Source of the DNA: Sphaerodactylus townsendi
Lineage: Eukaryota
NCBI RefSeq assembly: GCF_021028975.2
Contig: NC_059437.1
Span: forward strand, 14,446,001 to 14,510,000
Direction: 5' to 3'
DNA length: 64,000 bases
The position numbers and the translations under genes are program-made. Shown one piece after another: positions 38,261-50,530 of this stretch (within the stretch, counting starts at the first letter, position 1; each line of letters opens with the position of its first letter). The notes under the pieces are model-generated. The model ran no database searches. It saw only the letters and a list, made by a program, of their open reading frames with translations, and was not told where the DNA came from.

Positions 38261-40571
38261 CATTGTATAATAATGTTGTTGTTTTTTTAAAAAAATACAA
38301 TTGCATTTGTGTTGCCCTTTCGCACGTGCTGCAATTTAGTTCTGGTGCAAGAATGAATGGATATGGGTAGGCAGTTGAGTTGATGAAGACACTTCTCAGC
38401 CTGAACTGTTAGGCATAGCTCACTTCCCCATTTCAAAAAATTACCGAGGGACATGAAATGCAGTTTTGCCTTTTATTAGGGAAGTATTGAAGCCTGTTCA
38501 TAAACAAAACTTGCTATTCAGACTCAAACAATAATCCTTCTGCAGCCATTTCACCATTTCAAGCTGTGTATCTGAATATCAGATCAATTCACACATTTCC
38601 TGAGATTTTTCAGTGGGACAGAGTATAGGACTATGCTGTTAATTTCTCCACCACGTCTCAAGAAACAGGGAAAGCAAATGATAAAACTGCATCTCAAACA
38701 CTTTATGTTTGAGACCAAATTGCTGGAGGAAATTGGAGTGAGAAGGAGTACCAGGAGTAAAAAGGGGGAGATTTCTATTGATTTCTTACTGACAAATTAA
38801 ATGCCACTTCTTCCGGTAATTGCAAGTTTATGGATGCTATAAACATGTCTGTGTAGCAGCCAATCCTGGAAGCTACAAGAGGTGAAGCAATCTATAATAG
38901 AGGCAGGAGAGCAGAGCACTGGAGGTGATTGCAAAAAAGATTGTGGCTCGCCCAATCAGTAATAGTAATGAATGTAATTAAAACATCGGCATACTAGATG
39001 AGGCCGAAAAAGCCCAATTTTAACTCTTTATGTGTGTCGTAAGTACTCTTGGTTTAGGCCAGTGATAACGAACCTTTTCGAGACCGAGTGACCAAATTGC
39101 AACCCAAAACCCACTTATTTATCGCAAAGTGCCAACGTGATAGTTTAACCTGAATAACCCCCTCAAGCAGGGGCTCAGCCTGCTGTAGCCTCCAGCAAGT
39201 CCCACATGCACCGCTCTGTGTCTCTCTAGCATCTCTGCCACCTCTGCGTCCCCCCACCCCACCCCTAGGCAGCAGCCACCTGGAGCACAGGCACCAGGCC
39301 CACCAGCCGAGTCCTCCCTGGTCGCTGAGGTGCACACACATTAAGTCCAGCAGCCCAGGCCAGCCTAGATGTGGGGGGGGCAATCCCCCCCCCACATGAC
39401 GAACTCTATGCGCACGCGCCCACAGAGTGGGCTCTGAGTGTCACGTCTGGCACCCGTGCCATAGGTTCACCACCGCTGGTTTAGGAAGAAGAGGAGTTTG
39501 GATTTATACCCCGTATTTCTGTGCTGTAAGGAGACGCAAGGTGATTTACAGACTCCTTCTCCCCACAACAGACACCTTGTGAGGTAAATGGGGCTGAAAG
39601 AGTTCTGAGAAAACTGTGGCTAGCTAGGGTCACCCAGCAGGGCTCATGTGGAGGAGCAAGGAAACATCCAGTTCACCGGATTAGAGTTCACTACTCTTAA
39701 CCACTATAACTTGCTGTTGCTTTGGCTGCTGAGTGGCGGGGGCTGTGAATTGCATGGTTCCTCCCTGCCGGAGGCAGAGCTGAAGGGCAAAAGCTAATGG
39801 ATGTTTGGCCTGGGGACCTATAATTAGTTCAGAGGCATTCACCTTGCAGTGCTTGTTATCACTTTCAGCTTAGCTAGACATTTGGCCAGGTCAGAACATC
39901 TCAGCTTAGAAGGCCAGCAGGCATTTGTCAGGGATTTTAGTGAAATAATTTTGTGGGGGAGGCCCAGAGTTCTGTTCCAGTACCTATTTGGGACTACTGA
40001 ATATGGATTGTAAAGGAGCTGCTGCAGTCACCTGTAACAGCTGTGGTATGTTTGGGTTTTTTTGCTGGAGGAAGTGGGTTGCTATACCTGCAGCAAGTGC
40101 AAGTTGGTTGCTCTCTAAAAAGAGAAGGTCCTAGAGAAGGACCAAAAGGAAATAAAACTGTGCAAGTTGTTGAGTCTCCCCAGCCATGAGCCACACGTTA
40201 TGTGGATCACGCAGGAGTGTATGAACAAAAATGGTGCCAAGAGCAAGCACTGGAATTGCTCCCCCCCCCAAACATCCTGGATTTGCAAAAGGGGGGAATT
40301 CTCCCCATCTCCATAACCTCCCGCCCCCCCTTTGCAAAGTTGGATTGTGGCTTTGTGAAGGTGAGGAGAAATTAGAGACAATTTCAGGTTTTGCAACAGT
40401 TTTTGATGATGGTGGGGGTGGTGGAGGAAACAATGGCCAATGCACCCCAGGCAACTGGCACCTAAGGCAAGAGCCCTGGCCTGCCCCACCCACGTTACAC
40501 CCTGGTCTCACAAGTCATAATTTGGCCACCCATGCTCTGAAGCAGGGGTGTCCAACTCTGCACCTCCAGAT

Positions 40572-40707
40572 CAGTGGCGGGATTCAAATAATTTAACAAC
40601 CGGTTCCAGTGGTGGGATTCAAATAATTTAACAATTGGTTGTTTACAAGCACCATTTTAACAACCAGTTCTGCTGAAGTGGTGCAAACCTGCTGAATCCC
40701 ACCACTG
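40572..40707. mobile_element. hAT MITE (TIR CAGTGGTGGGATTCA) nested in a palindromic MITE
   Basis: TSD ctccagat on both sides; left end duplicated. Confidence 0.8.
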
Positions 40708-40924
40708 CTCCAGATGTTTATTACATATGGGAAACATGGTCCATAAACATCTGGAGGGCCTGAATTCTTGTTGGCAGGGGTTGATGGGAATCAAAAGTCC
40801 ATAAACATTTGGAGGGCTAGAGTTGGACACCTCTGCCCTAGAGGGCTAGGGACAACTGTACACGCGTGAAAACCTGCGGCACACTTTTACAATACTACAT
40901 AGGTTTACAAGGCTCACACCTGTA

Positions 40925-41498
40925 TCCGCCAATGGGCTAAGACCCCTGATTAAAAGCCCGCCCTACAATCCGGGAAAAACCCCCAGCAATGAATGAAGAC
41001 GACATTTGGGAAACCGAGGCAGGGAGAAGAAGAGCCCCTCGGCCCGGCTGACAGCCGGCGAGGCGCAGGGCGGCAGAAGGCGCCGCTGGGCTGCTGCGTG
41101 GGCTCCGCCTCCGCGGGGCGGGGCGCTGGGAAGCCGGCTGGCGGGCGCGCGGCTGGCAGCCAATGGAAGCGCGGCCGAGGGGCGGCTCCCGCCCGGCGAA
41201 GCGCGATTGCTCCGGCGGCTGCAGCTGGGCGCATCAAGGCGGCGGCGGGACTGGGTGACCGGGCTGGGCGGCGGGCAGCGCCCCATCTCATGCCGGGCCG
41301 CCGCCGCCGCCAGCGTTGCTGCTGCGTCTGCGTCTGCTGCTGAGCCCGGAGCCGGCGGGCGAGGCGACGTGCGGGGCGCGCCCTGGTCTCTGCCTCCCTG
41401 CCGCGCGCGCCTCGGCCAGCCCCGCACCCCACGGTGCGCGCGGACGGCGCTCCCCCAAACCCTCCCGCCACCCCCCACCCCCACCCCCCGGCGCCGGC
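40925..41498 (+). promoter_or_regulatory. RAB33A CpG-island promoter / 5'UTR
   Basis: very GC/CpG-rich; CCAAT at about 40929 and 41160; GC box ggggcggggc near 41115. Confidence 0.7.
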
Positions 41499-41693
41499 AT
41501 GGAGCTGGAGGCCTCGCTGGAGCAGTCGGTGCAGACGCGCATCTTCAAGATCATCGTCATCGGCGACTCCAACGTGGGCAAGACCTGCCTGACGGTGCGC
41601 TTTTGCGGGGGCGCCTTCCCGGCCAGCACTGAGGCCACCATCGGCGTGGACTTCAGGGAGAAGGCGGTGGAGATCGAGGGCGAGCACATCAAG
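41499..41693 (+). CDS. RAB33A: Rab33A exon 1
   Basis: [29 protein letters not shown] (P-loop)...[11 protein letters not shown]; AAG|GTACG donor. Confidence 0.93.
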
Positions 41694-42403
41694 GTACGCC
41701 GCGGGGGGGTGGGGGGGTGGGTGGGTGCAGAGCTCTTTCTCGCCCCAGCCCCTGACCTCACGCAGCCGGAGGAGGCGTCGTCTGCTCCAACCGAGGGGCC
41801 TCCTAAAAAGCCCCCCGGGGCGGGGGGCGGAGGTCTCCGGTTCTTGCAGCGGCCGTGATCGCAGGCGCCGCTGGAAAAGAGGCCTGTCTTGTCTATCCGA
41901 AGAAGGGCGCGCCGTTGGGGGGAGAAAATAGTCGGGGGGGGGGGGGGTTCCTAACTTGAGCCCTCGGGGTCCGGGGAGGCAAGGGTGTAAAAACCCTCGT
42001 GGAGGACCTTAGCAACCCATTCATGGCCTCTAGGACCCTCGCCCACCTTTTCCTCCCCCACCCAAGTATCTGAAGGATGGCGCAAAAAGGAGGCGCAGGG
42101 TGGCAAAGGGAGGGAAGGGTTAACGTTGCAAGAGCAAGCTATTGGGGGTCTCCACTCTTTTGTTCTGAGCTGTCCTTTGCCCACCCCCCAAAAAAACCCT
42201 TGGTAATTCCTGGGGTGGGGGAGAGAAGAAACGCGCCACGTTCACACGTGCACGTACTTCACCCGTTACTCAGCACTCAGTGATGACTTGCAGCTGCATG
42301 TGTGAATGAGACCCCCCCCCCCCCCGGAAGGCAGAGCGCCAGAGGAGACCGTGGGGAAGGTCTGCCTGCGGTTTGGGAGCTGGGAGCGCCTTTATGTATG
42401 TTA

Positions 42404-42672
42404 ACTGGCCAGACCAACTTTTAAAAATATTTTTAATTTATTTTCACAGTATATTTAACAGGATAGAATAACAAAAAATACTAAAGGATAGATAAAAATT
42501 GAACAGAGAAGACATCTACCCAGAATCTATATTGATGAAACATTACATAGTGGATCCTGATATAACATTCAGATATTATTCGAGAAACCGTTATGGAATC
42601 TTTAAATCAGTCATTTATCCACCAACTCCAAAACATCCTTACTGGTTAGACTATTACTGGCCAGACCAACTT
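42404..42672 (-). mobile_element. 5'-truncated retroinsertion with 17-bp TSD
   Basis: actggccagaccaactt at 42404-42420 and 42656-42672; insert ends AATAAA plus A-rich tail on - strand. Confidence 0.75.
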
Positions 42673-43793
42673 GAACTATGCAAGAACTCGTATTTTATAC
42701 TGTGTTCAGAGCCGCTGTTTGAAAAAGTGCCTTATGTTTAATTGAGCAACAGTCAAAATAGTACAATGTTGGCCCACATCCGGCATTGATCTCCCTCGAC
42801 CCTGCGCTGTTACATTTTCGGTGTGATGTTTTTTGAAACTATAATGGGTCTAGAGCATTAATTTGGGACTGCTGTTATGTAAAGGGAGACCTTGGGACAT
42901 ATATGTGGTAGTGCAGCTCTCTGCTGCATCCTTGCCCTTGCTAACTCAGTAAAGCTCTGATGGTGTCTTTGGGGGGGAAGGGGGAGAGATGAAAAATTAC
43001 CATAGGTGGGAAGCATTCATCTTATTCATCTTGCAGGTTCTCACTTTGAACTTGTGAGTCGATTACCCAAGACAAGCTAACTCCACCTGTAACAATGCTT
43101 GAAGGATTTTTTTAAACAAGACTGCTGCCAAAGAGGAGAACTTAGCAGGAAAGCCCCCCCCCCCTTTCACTATTTCTCTGCTCTAAGGCCCCTTCCGCAC
43201 ACACAAAATAATGCGTTTTCAAACCACTGTCACAACTGTTTGCAAGTGGATTTTGCCATTCCGTACAGCTTCAAAGAGCACTGAAAGCAGTTTGAAAGTG
43301 CATTATTCTGCATGTGCAGAATGAGCCTAAGTTTCTCCTCTAGCCCTCCCAAAACCTGCTCCCTGCAAGCCTTCACATGTGTAATGCTAATTTGCAACTT
43401 CTCCACCAGCACGGCTCCATTCTCCATGGGGAGACTACATACATTAAAAACAGCAATACTAGCTTGCATCACACGTTTTCTGTGTCCCCTGGGATACCGT
43501 GGGAAGGGTGGTGTAGTGACACTCAAATTATTTTTCCTAGCTTCAAAAATTGAGATTTGCCGTTGACCACAGTGGGCCATAGTTGTCATGAATGTGGAAG
43601 CAGAATTCCAATTTAAAATGTGCTGGTTTACTCATGCAGCCCAAATGAGGCCAGAGCCTTTTCAGATAACTGGTCGGAGAAATCAAGTGTGAATGCTCTG
43701 TTGCATTTGAAACCTTCTTACCAGTAGAAAATCAGCTCAGCAGGTTGCTACCAATATCCCTGATTGAATTTTCTCTAGGCAGGGAAGCTAGCT

Positions 43794-43795
43794 AT

Positions 43796-43858
<63 letters not shown>

Positions 43859-43920
43859 CATTTCATTTGATAAACCGCCCTACCTCCAAAGGGCTCAGGG
43901 CGGTGTACAACAACAAATAA
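43794..43920 (-). repeat. (TTTA)n microsatellite forming an L2 3' tail
   Basis: about 16 TTTA units adjoining ccgccc...gggctcagggcgg L2 stem-loop. Confidence 0.8.
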
Positions 43921-46809
43921 CAAGACAATAAAACAAATTGAATGGCCCCAATTAAAACAATACAAAACCTTAAAACTATTAAAACTATAGCAGCATATTT
44001 CTTAATATGGGGGAGCATTCAAAACCAGTGTTTCTCTCCACCCACTAGTTTCCATAGTACAATCCATTCCACCACCTCACTGTGCTTTGTGGGTAAAACC
44101 AGCTCCTTTAGAGCAAATTGTGAAGGCAAAAATGCTCTTGTGGCCTTGGAAGGCTTCTGTGCTAGAGTACAAAGGCCAAGAGGAGTAGGCAAGTCAGGTG
44201 AAAGATCAGTGATTTGAGGAGGGGGAGAGAGATTAAGCAAAGGGAGCACTTTGCTTGCTTATCAGGGAGAAACTAGACTCCTCCCTTCACCGACCCAGCA
44301 TGGTGTAGTGATTAAAAGCAGGTGTGCTCTAAACTGGAGAACCAGGTTTGATTCCCCACTCTGACGCTTGAGCTGTGGAGGCTTATCTGGTGAACCAGAT
44401 TAGTTTGTGCACTCCAGCACATGCCAACTGGGTGACCCTGGGCTAGTCACAGTTCTTTGGAGTTCTCTCAGCCCCTCGCTCTGCTGCCTGAGCTATGGAG
44501 GCTTATCTGGGGAATTCAGATTAGCTTGTGCACTCCAACACACGCCAACATTGGGCTAGTCACAGTTCTTCTGAGCTCTCAGCCCCAACCTACCTCACAG
44601 GGTGTTTGTTGTGGGGGGGGGGGAAGGGAAAGGAGACTGTTAAGTCCCTTTGAGTCTCCTTACAGGAGAGAAAAGGGAGATATAAATCCAAACTACTACT
44701 ACTCCTTTCTGCCCACCAGAATGTTTGGCTTAGTATGCTGGAGTGTCCAACTGGGGGGCGGGAAGACCCGGGTTCAAATTCCCATGCAGTTGGTCACCTT
44801 GAGTCTGACCCTCTCTCTTTTTTTTCAGTCTGTCCTACCTTACAAGGGAATTAATTATGAGTGCAAGAAGGCAGAAATGTTGTCTGCTACTCTGGGCTCC
44901 TTCACAGAAGAGCCAGATAAAAATGTATAAACGGACAATAGGTAACACTGGCGTTCTATATAACAGATGAGCTGCATGCAAGCAACAGATAAATGGGGCA
45001 AAGTTGAGCACAGCAGCGAGAGACAAATTTATTGATTACCCCAACTGGGTAATGGTCCCAGGTTATGGGTGAAAGGTCCACAAAATAGTAGCCTTTACGA
45101 ATCTTAAGCAGGGCTGGATTCTGGTCAGTTCCTATGTGGGAGACTGCCTTAGAACTTTATTCCACCTTGAATTCCTTTATGGAATAAGTGGGTTATAATT
45201 ATGTCCTTCTGCTCAGTCAATCCATCACGGGACCTTTTTCTTTGCATTTGTTACAAACAATCAAAAGATACTACATAGCCAATTATCACAAATATACAAA
45301 CCAGAAAGCACACTGATCAATTATCATAAACTTATTAAATAAAATTGATAAAATAACTCATTATTATTCGCAGCCAACTCACAGATCCTCACAGCAGCTA
45401 GGAAATACCTAATAACTTTGTTGGTAATGTATGGATTCCAGAGAGACAAAAGGTATAAAACCAGTCACTTATCTGGGTAACCCTGAAATTTGTGTAAGAG
45501 TGGGCTGAGTTCCTCCACTCAGTGAAAAAGCTACAATATAACAAGGTGTGGGGTAAACATTCAGGGAACTCTGCCCTACACAGACAATATTTGTCCATAC
45601 GCTATTTCAACAACTTGTTTTAATTTGATAATTGCTGCAGGGGGTTGGGTTTTTTTGAGCAATCCTGAGGTCTGGGGAGAGAGAACATAATTTTATAAAT
45701 AAAATGTAATCAATAGTAAGGGAGGGATAGAAGAAGAAAAACAAGAGTTGCTTTTTATACTCCGCTGTTCTCTACCGTGAGCATCAAAGTGGCTTACAAC
45801 TGCCTTCTCTCCTCCCTCTGCAACAGGAACCTTCTGAGGTAAATAGGGCCGAGAGAGTTATGAGAGAACTGTGACTAGCGCAAAGTCACCCAGTAAGCTT
45901 CAGGTGGAGGAGCAGATTAATCCAGCTCTCCAGATTAAACTCCACTGCTCTTAACCACTTCACCACACCAGCTCTTCCCATGTTGAGTTTCTAGAATATA
46001 CCAAGTATAGTCATGTGACACACGAACTCCCTCTGCGTCTCAAAGGCCGTGAATGCAGTTATCCTTTCCATATTGCAACTTTCCCCATTGCAACTTTCCT
46101 CATCGCAGTTTTGATATATCATGGGTCAGCATAAGAAAATAAGTGGGAATTTTTGGAGAGTGTTTGCAGAAGAAGACGAGTTTGGATTTATACCCCACCT
46201 TTCTCTCCTGTAAGGAGACTATAGGTGGCTTACAAGATCGTTTCCCTTCCTCTCCCCACAACAGGCACCTTGTGAGGTAGGTGGAACTGAGAGAGTTCTG
46301 AAGAACTGTGACTAGCCCAAGGTCACCCAGCAGGAATGTAGGAATTCAGAAACACATCTGGTTCACTCCGATGGAGAAGTGGGGAATCAAACCTGGTACT
46401 CCAGATTAGAATCCACCTGTTTTTAACCACTACACCACACTAGCCACAGACAACATGCAAAGACCAGCGGATTACACAGAATACATTTAGAAACTCAGAA
46501 ATGCATAAAATATAAGTATTGTATAATATCAAAATACATTATTTTTTAATACATAAATATACACAAGTTCTTCTAAGTTAAAAGAAAATGAAAAACATCA
46601 GACTTATTCTCTGGTATGAAGGAAGGGCCATAAAATTTTATACAAATTACCAGATCCTGGGGGGTGCTGCGCCCCTAACGCCAGTGATGTGGGATAACTG
46701 TATTCCAAAATAAACCCAGAAAACTGCAAGGCGGTTAAGTTTGTGATCCATGTAGAGCTAATGATGTACTTTCCAGGCAACGCAGTGGCCTTAACTGGGA
46801 AGTATGCTA

Positions 46810-47075
46810 CCAGTGTTTCCCCAAAAATAAGACAGGGTCTTATATTAATTTTTGCTCCACAAGATCCGTTAGGCCAGGGCTTATTTTCAGGGGATGTCTT
46901 ATTTTTTCCCCCCATGATTTTGTGCCCCCCACGTGACCAGATCAACTGCGTTGGGATATCTGTAACTAGGGCTTATTTTTGGAGTAGGGCTTATATTTCA
47001 AGCACCCTCCAAAAATCCCGAAAAATCGTGCTAGGGCTTATTTTTGGGATAGGACTTATTTTCGGGAAAACAGGG
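46810..47075. mobile_element. Tc1/mariner-superfamily non-autonomous element
   Basis: TIR-like cagtgtttccccaaaaataagac / cttattttcgggaaaacaggg; TA on both sides. Confidence 0.7.
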
Positions 47076-47125
47076 TAGACTATGCAAGCACTCTGCCTCA
47101 TCCGGAACTCTGTCATCTTCTTCAG

Positions 47126-47581
47126 GTGCAGGTATGGGACACAGCTGGCCAGGAGAGGTTTCGGAAGAGCATGGTGGAGCATTACTACCGCAATGTGCAT
47201 GCTGTTGTCTTTGTCTATGATGTTACCAAGATGGCGTCCTTCCTCAACCTAAAGACCTGGATTGAGGAGTGCAACGGCCACGCCGTCCCTGCACTTGTCC
47301 CAAAGGTGCTCGTCGGAAACAAGTGTGACTTGCAAGATCAAATCCAGGTGCCGTCCAGTGTGGCCTTGAAGTTTGCCGACGCTCACAATATGCTTTTATT
47401 TGAAACCTCGGCCAAGGACCCCAAAGAAAGCCAGAATGTGGAGTCTATTTTCATGTGCCTGGCTTGTCGGCTGAAGGCCCAGAAATCTCTGCTGTATCGG
47501 GACATGGAGAGACAGCAAGGGAAGGCCCAGAAAACGCAGCTATTGCCAGAAGCGAGCGGCAAAAATTCCTGTCCCTGCTGA
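47126..47581 (+). CDS. RAB33A: Rab33A exon 2
   Basis: [27 protein letters not shown]...GNKCD...ETSAK...SCPC (CXC prenylation motif); total 216 aa. Confidence 0.97.
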   Translation: MQVWDTAGQERFRKSMVEHYYRNVHAVVFVYDVTKMASFLNLKTWIEECNGHAVPALVPKVLVGNKCDLQDQIQVPSSVALKFADAHNMLLFETSAKDPKESQNVESIFMCLACRLKAQKSLLYRDMERQQGKAQKTQLLPEASGKNSCPC

Positions 47582-48982
47582 ACTGCTGAGGTTTCTGTTC
47601 CTGATCATTTTAATGAAGAGGGGCAGGCAGTTTTGTGCCTGCACAAACTGAACAGTCCCCTGATAGTCTCAATCTAAAATAATGCTAAATTAATAAAATT
47701 TGTATGGCTCACAAGTGGTTTGGGTGTAACTTTTATCTTTGCAGGGATTCGTTTTGAGGAAGGCTGAAAAGTAGCTATCCAAAATTCTGAGCTGTCTGAT
47801 TGTTCCAATCTCCCTGGCTGGGTTAATCACACTGCTTACTACAATAGAGAATGGGGTCCACTAGCCATGCTTGATGATCTTAATGTTGATAGAACACAAA
47901 ACACCTCCTCAGGTTTGGGGACCTAAAGGACTTTTTTCCCCTTTAAAATCTGTACCACACTGAAAATGGTGAATCTCTGTTTTAATAAGACGAAACCAAT
48001 GGCCAGTTTATCACTGTAGGATACATTTAAACATGTATCATCTCCCACTTGAACCAGGATAAGAAGTATAGTCTGTATTCCAGAAGGTTCGAGGGGGTGG
48101 CATAACATGGATAGCAGAAGAACACAGATAGCTGATCTTTGCAAGTGAACAAATATGGTTAGAGAAGTATTTGCTTTTCTGGAACATGGATTCAACAATG
48201 TAAAAGCCTTGGATATACTTTAGCAACCCCCCTGTAGATCTGACAGAGTCAGATTGCTAGCAAATGCGATCAGTAGATTGTATCCTGTTGACTGTTTCCT
48301 GGAGGAGTTATATCCCTGTTATTCTAGTAAAGTATGTAAGGAGAACAGGGCCTTGGTGGGGTGGGGGAAGCTGCCAATTTATTATATGTTCATCCTCTGG
48401 AGTCTGGAGGTTTCATTTCAAGCACCAAACTCCCTTAAGCCATCTCTGAGTAGGGATTGGATGAATAATATGGTTCGGTTTTTTCACTGGAATGGACTGA
48501 AAGGAAGGGAGACATGAACATAAGAAGCAACATGTCACTTAATAGCTCAACAGTAATCTTTTCTACAGAGGTCACTGGAACTGTGGGGGATCTGCCCCTG
48601 GGAGCCAACTCCCCTTTGCTCCAGTCACAAGGCAGCTCTGTCCTTGAAAGATGAATCACCAGCAGGCTGTGAGTTAACCCAGAGTGTGCTATGCAAAACC
48701 TGGCTGGCCCTTCCAGGTAAGGTTTCCTGCCAGCCCAACGAAAACTGAAACCATCACACACGTTTAGAAGATGTGGTCAGTTTCTCTTTGCCCTATGCTC
48801 CTCTTGCTGTGGTGGAGGAATTCTAGATCCAGTTTATTGAAAATGTTGGTTATAGACCTGGCCTTGATAGCTATAGAGCAGGGGTCTGCAACCTGCCAAT
48901 TGGCCATGCTGGCAGGGGCTGATGGGATTTGTAGTCCATGAACATCTGGAGAGCCGCAGGTTGCAGACCCCTGCTATAGAGT

Positions 48983-49255
48983 AAAGGTAAAGTTTCCCCT
49001 TCAGTCGTGTCCGACCCTGGGGTACCACTGTAAGCAGTGATTTTATAGGCAAGCCATTTTTGTGGGGTAGTTTGCCATTGCTTTCCCCAGCTATTCTTTA
49101 CCCCCTAGCTATGTGTTAGGTACTCATTCACCGACCAAGGAATGGATGGATGGCTGAGTTGACCATGAGCCAGCTGCCAGAATATCTGACCCACTGGGGG
49201 CTTGAACTCCTGACGGTGTGAGTTGCAGTAGAAGCACTTAACCACTGCGCCACGT
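48983..49255 (-). mobile_element. Sauria-type SINE
   Basis: aaaggtaaag tail, cagtcgtgtccgac, tttgccattgctttcccc, accactgcgccac head; degraded copy at about 20603-20850. Confidence 0.6.
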
Positions 49256-50530
49256 GGCTCCTAGCTCCGTGGTGGCGAACCTTTGGCACTCCAGATGTTA
49301 TGGACTACAATTCCCATCAGTCCCTGCCAGAACTCCCAATTGGCCATGCTGGCAGGGGCTGATGGGAATTGTAGTCCATAACATCTGGAATGCCAAAGGT
49401 TTGCCACCACTGTATAAATACATAAAACAGTTGCCGTCCTTAGGTTGGTGGCCAATTGAATTAGGCCAGCTGCACACACTAGGAAAAGAAGAGCTCCTAT
49501 CTTTGTGGAATCTCAGGAGGGATCCCTGTAACTTTTTGTTCCTACCACAACAGATCAGAAGCAGGGTTAGTCCAATACAGTGATTGTTTCTCAGGAAAAA
49601 GGGAAAGCTTAGAAATGAGTGACAGCGCATACTGTCCTTGCCCACTGAAAAGTAATTAGCAAAGTCTTAGAGGCTGTCTGCTTTTGCTTCCACCTTGCTA
49701 TTTTGTCATTCCACTGACAATGTTATAGGAGCAGAGTGAGCCTGGAGCTTATTTTATTTATTGACTTCATTGATAGTCTGCCTCCTCACTGAGACTCAAG
49801 GGGGATTAGGCAATTAAACAAAAAAAGCACTTTCACAATTAAAAAGACGAACGTAGCTTACAATATTATAAGATGCCGAAGAGGTGTCACAGTCAGCTTG
49901 ATGACTTTTATCTGAAGAGACAAATAAAGAAACTGTCAATATAGAACAAAGCACTTTTCTGGCCTCTAAGTGAGGAGGAGGAGGGACAGTCCTTGGTAGC
50001 TGGAGCAGAGATTTTTTTTTTTTAATTTCTGGGTCTGAATAGCAGGGCATCTTTTCCTACAAGAGCTGTAATCACTTTCTTTGTTCAGACATTTCTACTC
50101 TACTTTCCCCAACCCAATGGGGACTTAAAGTGGCATAATAGACTGTTCTCTTCCCCTCCATTTTCACAAGAACCCTTTGATTATTACAATATGCTTGGCA
50201 TGTATCACAGATTGGAACTGGACATAGCCTAATTGCAGGGAGGGGAGAACATTCAGTCGTTCTGCTTCTTTGAGATATCTGTCTTGTTTTCCATCTAGGT
50301 TTACATAACTGTAAAAGTGTTCAAATTTAACTGTCAATACACCATGGCAATGTAATTCAGACCTGGAGAAATAAGAGGGGTCCAGGGTAAGCAGAAATTG
50401 CAAGGGCAAGGGTGTGCATCACAGCTTCGATTAAGTGAGCTGACCAGAACAATCTTTGCTTTCTACACCAGTAAGTTGTGCAACAAGCAAGATGTTATCC
50501 TTATAAAATATTAATATTCATAATAATTAT

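Noticed and set aside
40950-41761. Several 150-245 aa ORFs on both strands at RAB33A exon 1
   Set aside because: CpG-island artefacts and antisense shadows of RAB33A
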